Notes under the pieces: generated by a model
Databases searched by the model: none
Told to the model about the DNA's origin: nothing
The model's input: only the letters and a program-made list of their open reading frames with translations
In this document: positions 60,068-64,000 of the stretch, one piece after another
Numbering within the stretch: the stretch's first letter is position 1
How the letters are laid out: each line of letters begins with the position of its first letter
NCBI GenBank assembly: GCA_965224485.1
Contig: CBDCZH010000019.1
Location: forward strand, 32,001-96,000
Direction: 5' to 3'
Origin: Arcobacteraceae bacterium
Lineage (GTDB): Bacteria; Campylobacterota; Campylobacteria; Campylobacterales; Arcobacteraceae
Length of the DNA: 64,000 nt
Made by a program: the position numbers and the translations under genes

Positions 60068-60547
60068 ATGAAAAAAACATTCCTTCTAGTGTTTTTACTA
60101 AGCTTAAGTTTGCTAGCAGTGCAAAATTCTAAAGCATATACTCAAGCTTATTTAAATGAGTTACAAACAAGTAAAGATATTTTTTTAGCGCAAGAGGCAG
60201 GAAGAGCTGCTGATAAAAAAATACCCAATAATATTTTTACACAAATTTTTAATATTAGTAAATTCCAAGGAAAAAAAAAGATTATTGTAGGAAAACATCT
60301 GCTTAGGTGTACAAATAAAGTCATTTTTAAAACTGCTATAAAAGGAAAAAATAAAATTAATTTATTTGCTCTTTGTACAAAAAAAATATCTAATACTTCT
60401 TATTTAATATACCAAGGATTTTCTACTTCTTTAAGCAAAAGAGTTGAGCTTATTTTAACTTCTGTTTTAATAGAAAAAAAGCATATGATTTTTTGGTTGA
60501 ATCATTTTAATGTAAATAAAGAACATAGAAACTTTTTACTTAAATAA
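60068..60547 (+). CDS. Hypothetical exported protein
   Basis: MKKTFLLVFLLSLSLLA signal-peptide-like N-terminus; no family recognised. Confidence 0.65.
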   Translation: MKKTFLLVFLLSLSLLAVQNSKAYTQAYLNELQTSKDIFLAQEAGRAADKKIPNNIFTQIFNISKFQGKKKIIVGKHLLRCTNKVIFKTAIKGKNKINLFALCTKKISNTSYLIYQGFSTSLSKRVELILTSVLIEKKHMIFWLNHFNVNKEHRNFLLK

Positions 60548-60591
60548 GTTTTTAAAAGTATTTGCTATAATTAGCAAAAACAGGAGTTCTT

Positions 60592-60846
60592 TTGAATAAA
60601 ATAATAGAATTAGAAAAACTAATTAAAGAAGATATTTTACTAGAAGTAAATGAAAATCTACAAGAATTAAATAAAAATATTGAAAATAAAAAACAGCTAA
60701 AAGAAGAAATAAAATATATGGTAGATGTAGAAAAATATTTTAAAACCTTATTAGATGATATACAAAACAATAATCTGCAAGAAAAAGAAGCAAGTGATAT
60801 TTTAAGTGACTTAGAATATATGAAAACACAAAACCAAGAAGATTAG
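60592..60846 (+). CDS. Hypothetical acidic helical protein (TTG start)
   Basis: TGCTATAAT (60563-60571) and an AGGAG RBS directly upstream. Confidence 0.7.
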   Translation: MNKIIELEKLIKEDILLEVNENLQELNKNIENKKQLKEEIKYMVDVEKYFKTLLDDIQNNNLQEKEASDILSDLEYMKTQNQED

Positions 60847-60940
60847 ACTTCTTAAAATCATATTTAATATTATTAATTAATACTTAAGACTTTTTTTATT
60901 TTGTATAATAAAAAAAGGTATATTAAATAAAGGAGCTAAT

Positions 60941-61222
60941 ATGTCAATTTTAACAGAAGTGAAAAATTTAAGATTTGCAAATAAAATGGGAGAGATTATT
61001 ACCATTGCACATGTTGAGAAACCACATGGTGAGCATAGTGATCCAGTTTTTAGAATTGGTACTTCAAATCACGGAAAAAAAAATAGCTCTCTAATAGAAA
61101 TTCCTTATGAAAACCTTGAAGAACTAATTGATGCTTTGCATGAATCTAAAAAAGTATGCGATACATATATTCACGAAAAGTTTCATGATGAACTAGACTC
61201 TGATACAGGTGGGGGACAATAG
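60941..61222 (+). CDS. Hypothetical His-rich small protein
   Basis: TATAAT and an AAGGAG RBS upstream; 93 aa. Confidence 0.75.
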   Translation: MSILTEVKNLRFANKMGEIITIAHVEKPHGEHSDPVFRIGTSNHGKKNSSLIEIPYENLEELIDALHESKKVCDTYIHEKFHDELDSDTGGGQ

Positions 61223-61286
61223 ACTAGTATAAGTTTTTATATATTTTATTTACTTTAAATAATTTATGTAAAGAAGGACCGAAATT

Positions 61287-61310
61287 AAAAAGGAGAATTA
61301 ACTCCTTTTT
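61287..61310. terminator. Bidirectional intrinsic terminator
   Basis: AAAAAGGAG-AATTAA-CTCCTTTTT between convergent genes. Confidence 0.75.
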
Positions 61311-61324
61311 ATCTTACTTTAAAT

Positions 61325-62014
61325 TTACTTTTTAGCTTTTATTATTTCTAATAGTTCTACTTCAAAAATTAAAGTAGCATCTGGCCCAATACTAGGAGCT
61401 GCACCTCTTTTGCCATAAGCTAAAGCTGAAGGAACAACTAATTGCCACTTATCTCCAACTCTCATTTTTAACAAAGCTTCAGTCCAAGCTTTAATAACAC
61501 CACTTACAGGGAACGTAGCAGGAGCTCCTCTATCATAAGAACTATCAAAAACTACACCATTTATTAATGTACCTCTATAATGTGTTTTCACAGTATCGCT
61601 AAGACTTACAGAGACCTTACCTTTACCTTTTTTAAGAACTTTATATTGAAGACCACTTTTTAAAGTGATTACCCCTTTTCTCTTTTTGTTTTTTTCTAAA
61701 AATTCTTTTCCTTCTTTTGCAAGTTTTGCAATTAAAGCCTTTTCTTTTTTTATTTTACTTTCTTGAAAGGTCATCATAGTTTTTTGTATTTCTTCTCTTG
61801 AAAGTTTCAATTTTTTATTTGTAAAAACATCTAACATTCCTAGTTTTAAAGAGTCTAAATCTAGTTCATCCTTAGAAATTACTAATTGTTTAGCTATTTG
61901 TGTTCCTATAACATAAGCAGCTTTTTCTTTTTGTGTTTTAAGCTCATCTTTTGCCATACTTAAACTTGAGAACATAGATAAACATATAAAAGTTGTAGAT
62001 AAAATTTTTAACAT
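61325..62014 (-). CDS. FKBP-type peptidyl-prolyl isomerase (Mip/FklB-like) with signal peptide
   Basis: SGLQYKVL, HYRGTLING..FDSS, VIKAWTEAL, LAYG, LIFEVELL. Confidence 0.92.
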   Translation of the reverse strand: MLKILSTTFICLSMFSSLSMAKDELKTQKEKAAYVIGTQIAKQLVISKDELDLDSLKLGMLDVFTNKKLKLSREEIQKTMMTFQESKIKKEKALIAKLAKEGKEFLEKNKKRKGVITLKSGLQYKVLKKGKGKVSVSLSDTVKTHYRGTLINGVVFDSSYDRGAPATFPVSGVIKAWTEALLKMRVGDKWQLVVPSALAYGKRGAAPSIGPDATLIFEVELLEIIKAKK

Positions 62015-62046
62015 TATTTTCCTTTTTAATTTAAAATATTACAAAC

Positions 62047-62068
62047 AGGAAGTATAAATATACTTCCT
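62047..62068 (-). terminator. Hairpin after the transporter gene
   Basis: AGGAAGTATA-AA-TATACTTCCT inverted repeat. Confidence 0.55.
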
Positions 62069-62096
62069 TTGTCATTAACTTACTTGATTTATTAAT

Positions 62097-63443
62097 TTAG
62101 AATTTAAATAAACCTGTTTCATTTAAAATAACAATAACTAAAGCTAAAGGAATTACATATCTAATCATAAAAAACCAAACTTTTGTCATGAACTCACCTA
62201 ATAAAGGAATTAATTCTTCATTAATTTTATCTTTATCAATTGCATATCCAACAAAAACAACAGCCATAATTCCACCAATAGGAACAAGAATAGTTGAAGC
62301 TACAAAATCTAACCAATCAAAAAGTCCCTTATCTCCTACTTTTAAAACAGATGAGTATTCAGTAATATTTGACAATAAGGCAAGAATACCTAGTAAATAA
62401 AAGAAAATACTACAAATAATAGCAGCTTTAACTCTTGTATATTTAAATCTTGTAATTAAATATGAAACCATAGGTTCAAGCATAGAAATAGCCGAAGTAA
62501 TCCCAGCAAAAGCAATTGCTACGAAAAATGATATTGCTAAAAGTTTTCCAGCAGCGCCAAAATCATAAAAAACAGAAGGAAGTGAGATAAATACTAAACC
62601 AGCACCTTTTGTTGATTCTGCTCCTTTATCAAATAAAAGAGTAAAAATAATTAAACCAGCAACAATAGCAACTAAGGTATCAATTAGAGTAATTAATAAA
62701 GAAGAAGTAACAATATTAGTCTTTTTTGGTAAAGAGGCCGCATAAGTTAAGATAATTCCCATACCTAAAGATAGAGTATAAAAAGCTTGTCCAATTGCAA
62801 CAATAACTGCTGTTGATGATAATTTAGTAAAATCAGGATTGAACATAAAATAAACTGCTTTTCCAAAACTATCAACAGAAATAGAATAAACAAAAAGAAT
62901 TGTTAAAATAAAAGCCAATAAAGGCATAAGAATTTTATTGATTTTCTCAATTCCATCTTTCACACCTTTTAAAATAATTCCTGTAACTAATACAAAAACA
63001 ACAGTATGATAAAATAGTTGAGTTTTAACATCAGCTGTTAATAAGTGCATAAAAATATTTTTTGATTCTTCTACGCTTGAAGGAAGTGAGCTAAAAGAAA
63101 TTACAATATAATGAAGAATCCATCCAATTACAACTGAATAATAAGAAAGAATTATTAAGGGAACTACTATGATAAAACCAGCATATTTCCATATTTTTTT
63201 ATTCTTAAGTGCTAAACTTTCAAACATAGAAACAGCATCACTTCGACCTAATTTACCAATTAGAAGCTCAGCTATTAAAACAAAAAAACCAACAAATACA
63301 GCAGTTACTAAATAAACTAATACAAAAGCCCCACCACCATACTCACCTGTTACATAAGGAAACTTCCAAATATTTCCTAAACCAACAGCAGAACCAACTG
63401 CTGCTAAAATAAACCCAAACCTTGAGAATCTAATACTTTGCAT
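62097..63443 (-). CDS. Sodium-dependent transporter, neurotransmitter:sodium symporter (NSS/SNF) family
   Basis: GSAVGLGNIWKFPY, GGGAF, QAFYTLSLG; many TM segments. Confidence 0.93.
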   Translation of the reverse strand: MQSIRFSRFGFILAAVGSAVGLGNIWKFPYVTGEYGGGAFVLVYLVTAVFVGFFVLIAELLIGKLGRSDAVSMFESLALKNKKIWKYAGFIIVVPLIILSYYSVVIGWILHYIVISFSSLPSSVEESKNIFMHLLTADVKTQLFYHTVVFVLVTGIILKGVKDGIEKINKILMPLLAFILTILFVYSISVDSFGKAVYFMFNPDFTKLSSTAVIVAIGQAFYTLSLGMGIILTYAASLPKKTNIVTSSLLITLIDTLVAIVAGLIIFTLLFDKGAESTKGAGLVFISLPSVFYDFGAAGKLLAISFFVAIAFAGITSAISMLEPMVSYLITRFKYTRVKAAIICSIFFYLLGILALLSNITEYSSVLKVGDKGLFDWLDFVASTILVPIGGIMAVVFVGYAIDKDKINEELIPLLGEFMTKVWFFMIRYVIPLALVIVILNETGLFKF

Positions 63444-63574
63444 TTAATACCTTATTAAAAAATTGCACAATAGTATCCAAATAATTATAACAAAATCTCA
63501 TAAGATATGTAAATTAAGCTCATTTAATTCATTATTTTTGATAAAGAAGGCTCTTTATCTTATAGAATTATTGT

Positions 63575-63793
63575 TTATTTATTTTTTCTCTTAGCCGCTT
63601 TTATTAACTTAGCTTTTCTTTTTGCTTTTATCTTCTTTTTCTCAACATTAACGCCTTTTCTGGCATTAACTACCTGTTTGTCTTCTACTTTTTGGAAAAA
63701 AGAAACTTTTTGGAAATTTTTATTTTGATTACTTTTAAAAGCAATTTGGTCACCCTTATCAGTGTCAACACTAGATGTATTTTTTCTACTCAT
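63575..63793 (-). CDS. Small, highly basic hypothetical protein
   Basis: AAGGT RBS; 72 aa ending in a Lys/Arg-rich tail KKKIKAKRKAKLIKAAKRKNK. Confidence 0.65.
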   Translation of the reverse strand: MSRKNTSSVDTDKGDQIAFKSNQNKNFQKVSFFQKVEDKQVVNARKGVNVEKKKIKAKRKAKLIKAAKRKNK

Positions 63794-63931
63794 TATTTAC
63801 CTTAATTTTATTTTTTTTATTATATTAAAAATTTGATAAAGAAAATATTACAGCAAAATACTAAATTGAAGAAATCGCTAATAACTTTTACCTCTATTAG
63901 GATAAAATAATTAAAATAAAGGATTTTAATA

Positions 63932-64000
63932 ATGAAAATACCTATAAGAATAACAGTAATGGGATTATTCTTACTAATTGCTGCAATAATTATGTCAATT
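63932..64000 (+). CDS. 5' end of a membrane-anchored protein running off the window
   Basis: AAGGA RBS, then MKIPIRITVMGLFLLIAAIIMSI. Confidence 0.6.
   Translation, partial: MKIPIRITVMGLFLLIAAIIMSI

Noticed and set aside
60552..60770. 72-aa minus-strand ORF
   Set aside because: Antisense to the 60592-60846 ORF, which has the promoter and RBS signals.

Overview
A very AT-rich chromosomal window. Gene content and order (aroB-mscS-mtaB-ftsH-like-bioV-mog-mutS2, a cetA/cetB-like pair, a CbrR-like regulator) point to Campylobacterota, most likely Arcobacteraceae (inference). Most of it is housekeeping: a pyruvate dehydrogenase/lipoylation cluster, dapE, carB, metX, xseB, two ABC-F ATPases, a DEAD-box helicase and two diguanylate cyclases. 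Seven single-base indels interrupt five otherwise intact genes (lipA, aceE x2, carB, a ThiF-family gene, an ABC-F gene x2) and are most likely assembly errors. The accessory block at about 27.5-47.5 kb, all on the minus strand, is the most interesting part. In transcription order it holds: (1) a small gene that looks like a stand-alone copy of the N-terminal retention-type module of the nearby adhesin, without its Ala-Ala site; (2) an ATPase-wHTH-DUF234 protein with degenerate catalytic motifs; (3) a perfect 16-bp palindrome; (4) a 4975-aa RTX/LapA-like adhesin with exactly 24 near-identical 294-bp repeats; (5) a tRNA-Glu(UUC) with an abnormal anticodon loop (A32, C37, U38); (6) an 836-aa orphan with an internal duplication of about 130 aa. 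A phosphatase-fold gene at 54478-54918 appears to start at ATC. I saw no CRISPR array, integrase, transposase or rRNA gene. All family assignments come from motif recognition by eye; no searches were run.
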